This document shows positions 36,370-46,038 of a DNA stretch of 64,000 nt, piece after piece. The notes under the pieces are model-generated. The model worked only from the letters and a program-made list of their open reading frames with translations. It was not told where the DNA came from and searched no databases. How positions within the stretch are numbered: position 1 is the first letter of the stretch; every line of letters starts with the position of its first letter. The translations under genes and the position numbers were made by a program. The DNA is from Gemmatales bacterium. GTDB taxonomy: Bacteria; Planctomycetota; Planctomycetia; Gemmatales; HRBIN36. The stretch is from NCBI GenBank assembly GCA_041640595.1, contig JBEPZY010000007.1, positions 149,611 through 213,610 on the forward strand, written 5' to 3'.

Positions 36370-36834
36370 ATGGCGATGAAACTGACAAGCCCGGCTTTTG
36401 CAAATGGAGCGGTTATTCCGAAGGAATACACGGCTGACGGTCGGGATATTTCGCCCCCTTTAAGCTGGTCGGAGGTCCCTGCGGGGACGAAAACGTTTGC
36501 CCTGTTGTGCGAGGACCCTGATGCTCCACGTGGTTTGTGGGTGCACTGGGTTATTTTCAACATACCGGCCAGCACGCAGTCGCTACCTCCAGGTGTCCCA
36601 CCGCACGACACTTTGCCGGACGGCTCACGGCAGGGCCGCAACGATTTTGGGCGGATCGGTTATGGCGGGCCTTCACCGCCGCGTGGCAAACCGCACCGGT
36701 ATTTTTTCCGGCTGTACGCTCTGGATACGGCTGTCGGCTTGCCACCCGGTGCCACCCGCGATATGCTGTTGAAAGCCATGCACGGACACATCCTTGACCA
36801 AGCCGAGTTAATGGGCACCTACGGCCGACCGTGA
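36370..36834 (+). CDS. YbhB/YbcL family Raf kinase inhibitor-like (PEBP) protein
   Basis: LTSPAF, DISPPLSW, DPDAP..WVHW and YGGPSPP.G.PHRYFF. Confidence 0.94.
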   Translation: MAMKLTSPAFANGAVIPKEYTADGRDISPPLSWSEVPAGTKTFALLCEDPDAPRGLWVHWVIFNIPASTQSLPPGVPPHDTLPDGSRQGRNDFGRIGYGGPSPPRGKPHRYFFRLYALDTAVGLPPGATRDMLLKAMHGHILDQAELMGTYGRP

Positions 36835-37325
36835 ACGGACTTGCGAGAATGAAGCGACTCTGGGAAGGACTCAGTGCGGGACTTGGTCTATCGGTTTTTG
36901 GAGTGGCGTTATCGTGCCTCGTGGGTGTGGTGCTCGGTGCTGGTTCGTTTACCGCGTATTTTGCGGAGGTTACTTCGTACTTGCGGGATGATCCCAGGGC
37001 TTGCGTGAATTGCCACGTCATGCGTGAGCATTACGATGCCTGGCAGAAGTCGGGGCATCATACCGCAGCAGTGTGTAACGATTGCCATCTCCCTCACAAT
37101 ATTGTGGGCAGGTGGCAGGCAAAAATTCGCAATGGGCTATTTCACTCGACCGCCTTCACGCTGCAAAATTTTCATGAGCCCATCCGGATTCATGGCTGGA
37201 ACGAACGCATCGTGCAAAGCAATTGTGTTGAGTGTCATCGCGAGTTTGTAAGCCATGTGGTTGCCAACAGCCAGCTTGACTGTGTTCACTGCCACAGAGG
37301 AGTAGGGCATTCGCTGAATAAATAG
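36831..37325 (+). CDS. nrfH: Cytochrome c nitrite reductase small subunit (tetraheme quinol dehydrogenase)
   Basis: TM anchor; CVNCHVM, CNDCH, CVECH and CVHCHRGVGH; precedes nrfA. Confidence 0.94.
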   Translation: MNGLARMKRLWEGLSAGLGLSVFGVALSCLVGVVLGAGSFTAYFAEVTSYLRDDPRACVNCHVMREHYDAWQKSGHHTAAVCNDCHLPHNIVGRWQAKIRNGLFHSTAFTLQNFHEPIRIHGWNERIVQSNCVECHREFVSHVVANSQLDCVHCHRGVGHSLNK

Positions 37326-37406
37326 CCGCCAAAGCAGGCTTGAGTAACCTGTCGGATTCCACGAAAGGAATTGCTCCTATCAGCCGGCAGGCAGGAGGTC
37401 ACTACC

Positions 37407-38876
37407 GTGTCGGAACAGGGACAGCAAGCGAGACGGGGATGGAGATGGTTGACTTATGGCTTGACCGTCGTACTGACGGCATGTGCGACTTTCGCTATTT
37501 TTTGGCTGTATCAGAACATAGCCGAGCGCAAATGGGAGGCGCGGGAGACCGTATTTCGCGTCGTGGAAATCACCGAGGATACGATTGACCCGTCGGTTTG
37601 GGGTAAGAACTTCCCTCGCCAGTACGACACCTACCGCCGAACCGTTGATATCGAACGGACGAAGCACGGCGGTTCGGAAGCATACCAGAAACTCGAAAAA
37701 GACCCACGCCTGAAGACGCTGTTTCTCGGTTATCCTTTCGGCGTGGATCACCGGGAAGAACGCGGCCACGCCTACATGCTCAGCGACCAGGACATGTCCG
37801 AACGGGTGAAACGATTTCCCCAACCGGGGGCATGTTTGCATTGCCATTCGGCCAGTCTGGGGGCATTTCGTCAGGCTGGCCTCAAAGCCGGTGTTCCAGC
37901 GGATGAATCCCATCGCTGGGAATCCATCATGAAAGGGTTCGAGGAAGTTTGCGCCATGCCCTATCAGGAAGCTCGCAAGCTGGTGGAACATCCGGTAAGT
38001 TGCGTGGATTGCCACGATCCGCGAACGATGGGATTACGAGTCACCCGGCCCGGATTTGTCAAGGGAATCCAGGCGCTGGCGCGTTCGGAAGATCCGGTGC
38101 CCCATTTACCCAGTATCGAGCGATGGCGCCGCGGTAACCGCAAGAAAGAATACGACCCCAATGTAGAAGCGTCGCGGCAGGAAATGCGCACGTTTGTTTG
38201 TGCCCAATGCCATGTGGAGTACTATTTTGCTCCGCCGAGAAAACTCTTGACCTATCCCTGGCACCGCGGGTTGAAGGTGGAACAAATCGAGGCCTACTAT
38301 GATGACGTCCAGTGGAAGGACTGGACGCATCCGGAAACGCAGGCGGATTTACTCAAAGCCCAGCATCCGGAGTTTGAGCTTTGGTCGCAGGGAACCCACG
38401 CTCGGGCTGGTGTAGCCTGTGCCGATTGTCACATGCCCTATCGTCGCGATGGTGCGGTAAAAATCAGCGACCATCATGTTCGCAGTCCTTTGTTGAACAT
38501 TGCCCGCTCCTGTCAGGTCTGCCATCCGGTGCCGGAAAGCGAATTGCTGGCTCGCGCTACGCTCATCCAGGATCGCACAGCCGCGCTGATTGACCGAACC
38601 GAAAATGTGGTGATGGAATTGATTGACACCATCCGCAACGTGCGGGCCAGCGGTGTGGCGGACAGCGCCCTGACGGAAGCCCGTCGTCGGCATCGCCAGG
38701 CGCAGTGGAGACTGGATTTCGTGATGGCGGAAAACTCAACGGGATTTCATGCTCCTCAGGAAGCTGCTCGTATCCTCGCGGAGGCTATCGATCTGGCTCG
38801 GCAGGGACAAATCCTGGCAATTCAAGCCCGGCAACAACAACAACTCAAAACGGGTAACGCTTCGCCAGAAAAGTAA
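37407..38876 (+). CDS. nrfA: Ammonia-forming pentaheme cytochrome c nitrite reductase (CXXCH heme-1 type)
   Basis: EERGHAY, CLHCH, CVDCH, CAQCHVEYYF, KAQHPEFE, CADCHMPY, CQVCH and AENSTGFHAP; GTG start after AGGAGG. Confidence 0.95.
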   Translation: MSEQGQQARRGWRWLTYGLTVVLTACATFAIFWLYQNIAERKWEARETVFRVVEITEDTIDPSVWGKNFPRQYDTYRRTVDIERTKHGGSEAYQKLEKDPRLKTLFLGYPFGVDHREERGHAYMLSDQDMSERVKRFPQPGACLHCHSASLGAFRQAGLKAGVPADESHRWESIMKGFEEVCAMPYQEARKLVEHPVSCVDCHDPRTMGLRVTRPGFVKGIQALARSEDPVPHLPSIERWRRGNRKKEYDPNVEASRQEMRTFVCAQCHVEYYFAPPRKLLTYPWHRGLKVEQIEAYYDDVQWKDWTHPETQADLLKAQHPEFELWSQGTHARAGVACADCHMPYRRDGAVKISDHHVRSPLLNIARSCQVCHPVPESELLARATLIQDRTAALIDRTENVVMELIDTIRNVRASGVADSALTEARRRHRQAQWRLDFVMAENSTGFHAPQEAARILAEAIDLARQGQILAIQARQQQQLKTGNASPEK

Positions 38877-39182
38877 CCCGAGCAACACGCCAGCACTTGT
38901 CAGCAGGTCTTGCTTTTCGCAATTTTCCCCGGGGCGACTGGAAAAAGGCACGGCTCGGGTATGAAGCCGGGGTGCTGGCTGCCTTTGAGCGATGCAGTTG
39001 TAAGCTTCCCAGGCACCAGCGGTAGTTGCAGCCAGCGCGGCACCTTTGGAGCGATGGCGGTAAGAACGCGGAAGCTGTCAGCGGAGCTGTCCCTTTGCTA
39101 GCCTTTTTGTGGCAGCCAAGGCCGGGAAGCTGGGAATCAATGCTCCGGGCTTTGGGTTTAGTTCGGTCAACGGGCAGTGCTG

Positions 39183-41603
39183 CTAGTTAACTCTGGCTTC
39201 CTCGACTTTCAAACCGAGGCTGGTGGCGCGTTCGCGTTCGGCCAGGAATTCCCAGGGTGTTCCGGGATGCTCTTTCAGAATGCGCTCCAATACTTTGTCC
39301 CGTTCGCGGGCCAGGTCGCGCGTTTCTTTCTGCTGCATCTTGTCGGAAGGGACGATTTTCCAGCCGTTATTCTTTTCGGGATTCTGGAGTGTGGGGTCTT
39401 TTCGAAGTTTGTTGCCGAGGACAAAATTGTACTCGCGGTACAAAGCTAGACGGCCCAGGTAGCGGGCATATACGAGGTCGAAATTGGCCTGCCAGCGTGG
39501 CGTTTCCTTTTCGTAAAACTCCGCGCGTACCTTGTCCAGCTTTTCCTTGAACTCAAACAATTCCTGATCCGCGGTCGCCAGGTTTTCCTGCTCGCGCAGA
39601 ATCTCCTTGCGGAAAGCATCCACGTTAGGGTTGGCGACGAAACTCATTCGCAGACTGCGCTCGTGCTTGTCGAGAAGTGCCAGGGCGTCGAAGACCGCTT
39701 TCCGTAACGGTTTGTCGGCGAGGGTGGCCTTCAAAGAATCCAAATCCTGGTAGTCCGGCTTATATTTTGCGACGTCTTTTGCCCAGAACGGTGGCAGCAT
39801 GGTGGCACGTAACGGCTTGCCTTTGGCCAGAGTGGCACCAACTTCCTGAAGGACCAAGTCCACGAACGCGGCTTCAACAGGTTTTTCCGGTAACGGAGCG
39901 AATTTGAGGGTAACTGCTGCTGGTAACGGATCATTAGGTGCCGGAGCAGGTCCAACACCTAACTTGCCAATCAATTTCGGTTCCTGTTCAGGGTAGCCGA
40001 GGCTTTTAATGTAGTGAGCTACATCACCGTTGATTCGCTTGGTAAGCCGCAACAGAGGCAAGTCCCATTCCGGAAACGGCTCAGCTTTTTCGAGGGCCTG
40101 GCGGTTACGCCGTCCTTGCAGATCAGGACCGGTATAAGTGGCCTCAGTAAGCATGTGGAAGAAAACGCTTCCGACCAGTCCATAGCCGCCAAAGCTGTAG
40201 GAAAATTGTTTAGCTGAACAGCTGAGCCAGACGAGCACTCCTTCCGGTGGCTGAGCAATGGCTTTTTCGGCAGCAGGGTCGAGTGGCATTTCCTTTCCGC
40301 GTAACACTCCTTCTTGCGGGTCGAGATGTGCCACGTCGAGAATCAGAAGTTTGTGCCGGGCCTTACACTGGCCCAATTGCTGATACACCCAGTCCAGCGG
40401 AATGAGTTTTTCCGGTGGGCCATTGAGTTTTGCGTCAATCGGAGCGAGAAACACTTTGTCGTCAAGCACCAGCACATGCCCGACATAAGCAATCACAATG
40501 CTGTCCTGGGGTCGCGATTCTTCGAGGAAAAGTTTGAGCGTCTCTTCGATGCTGGCTTTGAGCGGAGGATTGGGATTCTTTTCCGCAACGTCGCTTAACT
40601 CGCCAATGCATTCATCGCGGAATCCCATATTGATGAGTCGCCGGCGGAAGGTGCGAAAGCCGAGCGGGTCGTATTCTGCTCGATCGGTTTTTTCATTCTC
40701 CTTTTGCATCAAAGCACCGGTGTTGACAGGGTTGAGGTAGAAGTAATTCTGGATGCCAATGAGCAGTGCCCGGCCATCGAAATCGCGTTTTCCAGGTTTG
40801 CCCGGTTTGGGACGGCGTTCACCGCCTCCGGAACCATTAGCTGGAGCAGAGGTGGTCGCGGTGTTTTCGATTGGGCCACCTGGTGCTTGCCCATCGTCGC
40901 GCTCGTCATCGGCAGGCCTTTTCTCCGCCAGGGCCTGTTCGAACCGTGCCCGCCAGGTCGAAACCCAGGGTTGCAAGTAGGGCCAGCATGCCAGCAAAAC
41001 GAGGCCCATCAGCAGGATAGTCATACAGACTACGCCGAACTTGATCCAGAACACGCGACGACGGTGCAATAAAAGTTCTTCATAGGTCGAAAGAGGCGGC
41101 GGAGCAGGCCGCGACTGCGCTTGGTATGGTGAGGGTGAGTTTGCAGGCTGGGCATATTGCGTCCCGGTCGCCGGAAATGGTGCCGGAGGCCACGCGCCAC
41201 CCAGAAATGCTCCTGGGAAAGACGGGGCTGGCGTCGAAACTACCGGAGGCCGATCGGCTACCGGCACAGTGGCCGCACCGGTTACCACTGGGCCTTGCAT
41301 ACCCGCTGCGCTGGTACTTGCCTGGTCGGCAGCGGGAATGGGCGATGATAGCGGGCCGGGGACTCCGCCGTTGGGCGGTGAACAGTTCGTCAGGTTATTT
41401 CTTCCTTCAACCGGACCCCCAGGGACAGTTCCGCCGTTCGTCGGGGAACCGGCGGCAGGGGTGACTTGGCCAGTGGGAATCGGCACATTGGTTTCCCTGA
41501 ACACCTGGAGACAGGTTTTGCACCGCAGTAGCAATCCACGCCATTCCTGCGGAAACAGCAGCAAAGTTCGGCAATGCGGACAGGTCGCCTGGCATAGGCC
41601 CAT
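39183..41603 (-). CDS. Zinc-ribbon / Pro-rich / TM / caspase-like (peptidase C14 fold, catalytic Cys absent) protein
   Basis: CPHC..CKTC; TM; RALLIGIQNY, VIAYVGH and LLILDVAH; C-terminal helical domain with HPGTPW; start MGLCQ after AAGGAG. Confidence 0.78.
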   Translation of the reverse strand: MGLCQATCPHCRTLLLFPQEWRGLLLRCKTCLQVFRETNVPIPTGQVTPAAGSPTNGGTVPGGPVEGRNNLTNCSPPNGGVPGPLSSPIPAADQASTSAAGMQGPVVTGAATVPVADRPPVVSTPAPSFPGAFLGGAWPPAPFPATGTQYAQPANSPSPYQAQSRPAPPPLSTYEELLLHRRRVFWIKFGVVCMTILLMGLVLLACWPYLQPWVSTWRARFEQALAEKRPADDERDDGQAPGGPIENTATTSAPANGSGGGERRPKPGKPGKRDFDGRALLIGIQNYFYLNPVNTGALMQKENEKTDRAEYDPLGFRTFRRRLINMGFRDECIGELSDVAEKNPNPPLKASIEETLKLFLEESRPQDSIVIAYVGHVLVLDDKVFLAPIDAKLNGPPEKLIPLDWVYQQLGQCKARHKLLILDVAHLDPQEGVLRGKEMPLDPAAEKAIAQPPEGVLVWLSCSAKQFSYSFGGYGLVGSVFFHMLTEATYTGPDLQGRRNRQALEKAEPFPEWDLPLLRLTKRINGDVAHYIKSLGYPEQEPKLIGKLGVGPAPAPNDPLPAAVTLKFAPLPEKPVEAAFVDLVLQEVGATLAKGKPLRATMLPPFWAKDVAKYKPDYQDLDSLKATLADKPLRKAVFDALALLDKHERSLRMSFVANPNVDAFRKEILREQENLATADQELFEFKEKLDKVRAEFYEKETPRWQANFDLVYARYLGRLALYREYNFVLGNKLRKDPTLQNPEKNNGWKIVPSDKMQQKETRDLARERDKVLERILKEHPGTPWEFLAERERATSLGLKVEEARVN

Positions 41604-41943
41604 GAGTGTTCCTCCGGTCTCCTTCCTATAGTTTACGACGAAGGGTCTCACCAAACAGTTCCCAGGGGCGCCATCCAGTTCGTGTTTGCAATGGGCGGCA
41701 TCGAAGCGTTTTTGAGGCCCGCTGTACATCCTTCCGGTTACTTTATCCGCCGGACTGGCAAGTTGCCGAGTGGGTCGGATTGAGAAATGGGCTGTTCGGG
41801 AGCGGGCCAATGTGGCGAAATCGCACTCTGCTCATACAATCACCGAAAAAGGTGCGGTGATCCGCGCCCTGACCGACCGCATTTTCTCATTGGAGACGTG
41901 TAGCCGGTTACGTGTGGAGAATCGACACGAGGAGGACAGCACA

Positions 41944-42798
41944 GTGCGCACCGGTATGAATTTGCTGCTGTGGACGACTCATGTAACCGAGGAACACTTT
42001 CCTACGCTGGAACGCCTCAAGGCGGCAGGATTCGATGGAGTAGAAATCCCGATCTTTGAGGGAGACGAAAAGCATTATCGTCGCCTCGGTCAGGAGTTGC
42101 AGCATTTGGGTTTAGGATGCACTGCGGTAACCGTAGTGGGTCCGGAAGCCAGCCCTGTCAGTGCTGATGCCTCTGTGCGAAAAGCTGCTGTCGAGAGGTT
42201 GCGCTGGGCAATCAGCATGGCTAAGGCCTGTGGCGCCGAGATCCTTTGCGGCCCGTTTCATTCGCCACTCGGTATATTCACAGGTACCGGGCCTACCGAA
42301 GACGAAAAACAGCGTGCTGCCGATGTTCTGCGTCAGGCTGCCGAGATAGCGGCGCAGGCGGGAATCAGACTGGCCATCGAATATCTGAACCGTTTCGAGT
42401 GTTACTTTCTAACGACGGCAGCAGATGCTCGCCAGCTGGTACAGCGTGTCAATCATTCTGCCTTTCGCATGATGTACGACACATTCCACGCCAACATCGA
42501 GGAAAAGAACATTCCCCAAACTATTCGCTCCATATCCGACGTCATGATTCACGTTCACATCAGCGAAAATGACCGTGGCGTGCCCGGTAGTGGTCACGTT
42601 CACTGGGACGACACGTTCCGCACGTTACGGCAAATCGGTTACGATGGCTGGCTTACCATTGAAGCCTTCGGTCGAGCACTACCGGCTCTGGCCGCGGCAA
42701 CGAAAATCTGGCGGGATTTGTTCCGTTCGCCGGAAGAAGTCTATCAACAAGGACTGGCCTTTATCAAATCCATGTGGGCCAAATACGCTCCCGCATAA
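41944..42798 (+). CDS. Sugar phosphate isomerase/epimerase, D-psicose/D-tagatose 3-epimerase family
   Basis: GFDGVEIP, EYLNRFE, YDTFHANIEE, HISENDRG.PG and LTIEAF; GTG start after GAGGAGG. Confidence 0.9.
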   Translation: MRTGMNLLLWTTHVTEEHFPTLERLKAAGFDGVEIPIFEGDEKHYRRLGQELQHLGLGCTAVTVVGPEASPVSADASVRKAAVERLRWAISMAKACGAEILCGPFHSPLGIFTGTGPTEDEKQRAADVLRQAAEIAAQAGIRLAIEYLNRFECYFLTTAADARQLVQRVNHSAFRMMYDTFHANIEEKNIPQTIRSISDVMIHVHISENDRGVPGSGHVHWDDTFRTLRQIGYDGWLTIEAFGRALPALAAATKIWRDLFRSPEEVYQQGLAFIKSMWAKYAPA

Positions 42799-43150
42799 GC
42801 TGGTCTGCTCAGCCTTTGCTCAGAACAAACCGCCAACAGCCAGTCTCGATGGACGATACCCTGCCTGGATTGGCTTTCCGCCCAGTAGTTTGACGGCCAA
42901 CGACACAGAATCGGCTTTACAGACATGAACCGCTGTCGAGAGGTGCAACCGACTTCGGTATAACTCATTAACACCGCGACTTTCAGCGTGCCAACGATCC
43001 AAAAGTTTCGGTATTACGTTGTATTACCACATCAGGGCGAACTATGATACGCCAAGGCTGACGTGAACAGCCAAACCCGCTTACAAAACGGTCAGGAAAG
43101 CCGGCTATTGGCCCTTCTGGACGATTATTTTCACGATACTGGGCAGAACT

Positions 43151-43849
43151 TTAGCCAGGGGGTTTCTGGCTTGCGTCTTGGTTTTTGTGTAAAACCAAGT
43201 AGGTTAGTTGCTCTAGCTGAACTGTCAAATCTACGGAAACCAGGCTGACATGGTGGGGAACGTGGAGTACGGCAGGGGCGAAATTCAGAATACCACATAT
43301 CCCGCTAGCCACAAGCTGATCGGCGACTTTCTGGGCCGCGTCAGCAGGCACGGAAATGATGGCCAGCTGTGCGTGGGTTTTTTGTATTGTTTCGGCTAGT
43401 TGATCCATGGGTAGCACGCGTAGGTTCTCGATAGTTTGCCCTACTTTGGACGGGTCATTGTCGAAAATGGCGACAAAGTGAAACCCTTGCTGGCGAAACC
43501 CGGCATAGCGAAGCAAGGCCCGCGCCAGGTTGCCCACACCAACCAGCACGACTGGCCAGGTTCGATCCAGTCCAAGCACGCTGCGAATAACTTTAGCCAG
43601 ATCGTCGGGACGGTAGCCAATGCCCGGCTGGCCAAGACTGCCGATGGCCACCAGGTCTTTCCGAACCTGAGCAGCACTCACGCCCAATGCGTTCGCCAGC
43701 TCCTGACTGCTCACCCGTTCTGTCTGACTTTTATCCAGTCCCTGGAGATAGCGCAGGTACCAGCTCAGCCGCAACACGGTCGCTCGCGGTAAGCGGGCGA
43801 GGCTCCGTATGCCGTCTTCCTTACGCTGGGAACCCTTTTGCTGGCTCAT
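43151..43849 (-). CDS. rex: Redox-sensing transcriptional repressor Rex
   Basis: RLSWYLR, SSQELA...QVRKDL...G.PG.GY, GVGNL and GILNFAP. Confidence 0.96.
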   Translation of the reverse strand: MSQQKGSQRKEDGIRSLARLPRATVLRLSWYLRYLQGLDKSQTERVSSQELANALGVSAAQVRKDLVAIGSLGQPGIGYRPDDLAKVIRSVLGLDRTWPVVLVGVGNLARALLRYAGFRQQGFHFVAIFDNDPSKVGQTIENLRVLPMDQLAETIQKTHAQLAIISVPADAAQKVADQLVASGICGILNFAPAVLHVPHHVSLVSVDLTVQLEQLTYLVLHKNQDASQKPPG

Positions 43850-44025
43850 GAGAGCAAGTTCGCCCTGGTTAGCTCCAAAGATTCACGTGTCTGCGCTGGT
43901 GCTACTGAGCAATGGTGAGCCACCTAATTTCTCGATCAGTATCATGGTGCCTCAAGCGGTCAAAAGGTTCGGTTCAGAGGGCCATTGGTAAACAGGGCTG
44001 CAAAACAATTCGGAGGAATGCTTCT

Positions 44026-45189
44026 TCATCGCTCCAGAATTCCGGGTAGCTGAAATTCCATGCCCGAGACACGAACAACGATCACCGGCCAAGCCTCGAC
44101 GCGCGTCAGAAGCTGTGGACCTTGGGAAGTAATGGTTACCGTCTCACCGGTCAAGGCGGGACCGACGCTCGGCATCCATACCAGCGTCCAGCCCACTTGC
44201 ATTGCCGCTTCACTGTCAGGATAGATAGCCGTTTCTGCCGGTTCTCGGCCTGTAACGTATCCGATTGGAGCCGCGTGCCATTCGTGTTCCGCTCCAACCA
44301 GCGTGTAAATACGTCGTGCTGCTTGGAATACTTCGCGGACAATGGCATCCGGCCAAGTGGCTGCCGTGAGTGCCGCCAGGATTTTACTGGCACTGTGATG
44401 TGCCTGGCGCAGCACCTGGTCGGCAGCACCGAAGCATACGGTACGGGTAGCAGTCACGTGCAGGCCATATTTCTTAGCAGTCGCGCTTACCACGCACCAC
44501 TTCTCGATGGGGAGGGCCGTAAAGCCATGCCGCCGGTACTGCGAGGAACGTCCATCGGCACTGACCGAAATTTGCACCGGCCAGGCACCTCGCCGCAGTA
44601 AACGATGCGCCACCTGACCCGCTAGTTCACGCTCCGATTCCCGCGGTTGGAAGTTACGGCAGGAAGCCTCCACCGCGTGCACTACTACTTCCGCCAGTTG
44701 TCGGCAGCACGCTTGCTCGTAAGGGGTAAGACAACGTCGGCGTTCCGCTAACCAGTCCGCAGCACTGGGCAGCTCTCCCCAGGGGCGATCACACGCCAGC
44801 CGCTTCGCCTGCGCCAAGGACCGCAACAAGTAATCCCGACGCCAGTCCCACGGCCATTCCTTCAACAAAAACCCCATTTCGTCCAGTTCTTCGTCGAACA
44901 AGCGTTGCGAGTCAGCGTTGCTGGCCAGCAACCAGCGCTGCGAGGGCGTGACGAACACCGCAGGGAGTTCCTCTGCCGAACATAATCCCCGGGTCGTAGC
45001 GCCACTGGTGAACCAGGCAACGTTCGCAGGTTCCAGAAGTAGCAGCCCTTCCCAGCCCTGTTCCTCCAGGTATTTCGCTATACGCTCGTGCTTGGCGTCT
45101 ATATCGGCTCGACGGTCTTGATTCACGTTACGGCCTACTTCGTTCAACCCGACTTGGGTCTGGGATTCGATAACTGCCGCCGTGTCCAA
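44026..45189 (-). CDS. M24/creatinase-fold family protein
   Basis: Creatinase-like N-domain (LLL..ANVAWFTSG) and pita-bread-like C-domain (YGLHVTATRT). Confidence 0.72.
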   Translation of the reverse strand: MDTAAVIESQTQVGLNEVGRNVNQDRRADIDAKHERIAKYLEEQGWEGLLLLEPANVAWFTSGATTRGLCSAEELPAVFVTPSQRWLLASNADSQRLFDEELDEMGFLLKEWPWDWRRDYLLRSLAQAKRLACDRPWGELPSAADWLAERRRCLTPYEQACCRQLAEVVVHAVEASCRNFQPRESERELAGQVAHRLLRRGAWPVQISVSADGRSSQYRRHGFTALPIEKWCVVSATAKKYGLHVTATRTVCFGAADQVLRQAHHSASKILAALTAATWPDAIVREVFQAARRIYTLVGAEHEWHAAPIGYVTGREPAETAIYPDSEAAMQVGWTLVWMPSVGPALTGETVTITSQGPQLLTRVEAWPVIVVRVSGMEFQLPGILER

Positions 45190-45458
45190 GGCACCGCTCC
45201 TATGCTTACTTTACGCAGCAGTTCTGCGGAAGGCATTGGCTCGACGCTGTCACGACCGTTAATCAATTAGCATACCGCCCTTGTGCATCCATGACCACAG
45301 ATATTCACTTGTTACAGTAACTACTGTTGTCGGACCTGTACTGCCGTGCGTTTTGTGCGCTGACCGGACGCAGCGAACAATGCAGCAGAATGGCAATCGG
45401 GATAAGACAAAACATTCAAAGACGCTTGGTTCATCCATTTTGATAGTGAAGCCGCAGT

Positions 45459-45821
45459 TCAGCCTTCTGCAGATTCCGTACTTTTATTTTGTTCCCATTG
45501 CACGGCGGCACTGTAGCGCTCCAGGGCGGTGTCCGGTTCCTGCGCTTGGCTAGCTGACTGCGAAAGCCTGGCGACGTATTTCCCGGACTCATCAAGTTCT
45601 GTTTCCTGGTCAACGGAGGAATTCAGTTCCAGAGTGTCGCTGACAGTGGCTCGATTTTCCATAACCCTGGGCAACCGGTGTGTGTGCCATACCGCTTCCC
45701 GGCTAGCTTCCGTCGGTAACGGACGCCAGACGGGCGGCCAGAGAGGAGGCCATATCGGTGGCCAAAGTGGCGGCAGGTACTTCTCCCACAACCTGTCGTT
45801 TTCGCTTCGTTTTACCTCCAT
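45459..45821 (-). CDS. Hypothetical protein with tandem PPxW repeats
   Basis: AGGGAGG RBS; LPPLWPPIWPPLWPPVWRP encoded by synonymously varied codons. Confidence 0.55.
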   Translation of the reverse strand: MEVKRSENDRLWEKYLPPLWPPIWPPLWPPVWRPLPTEASREAVWHTHRLPRVMENRATVSDTLELNSSVDQETELDESGKYVARLSQSASQAQEPDTALERYSAAVQWEQNKSTESAEG

Positions 45822-46038
45822 TGCTGTTCCCTCCCTGCCAGGGAGGCAGATTGGCGTTGAGCAACATGGTCTCCCACTAGCAGTATAGCTCGCACTCCGC
45901 TGCCAGGCAAATGAAATTTATCGAATGTATCGGTCGTGCGGTTTGGGGGAGTGGTTAGGTTCGCCCACTTGTTTCGTCCTATATACAATGACGCCCACAC
46001 AATCGAAGCTGGCCTCACAGGCAAACAGGAGAAGAAAC

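Noticed and set aside
42799..43150. 350-bp gap between the epimerase and rex as a possible tRNA/ncRNA
   Set aside because: No cloverleaf, T-loop/CCA pattern or strong stems seen.
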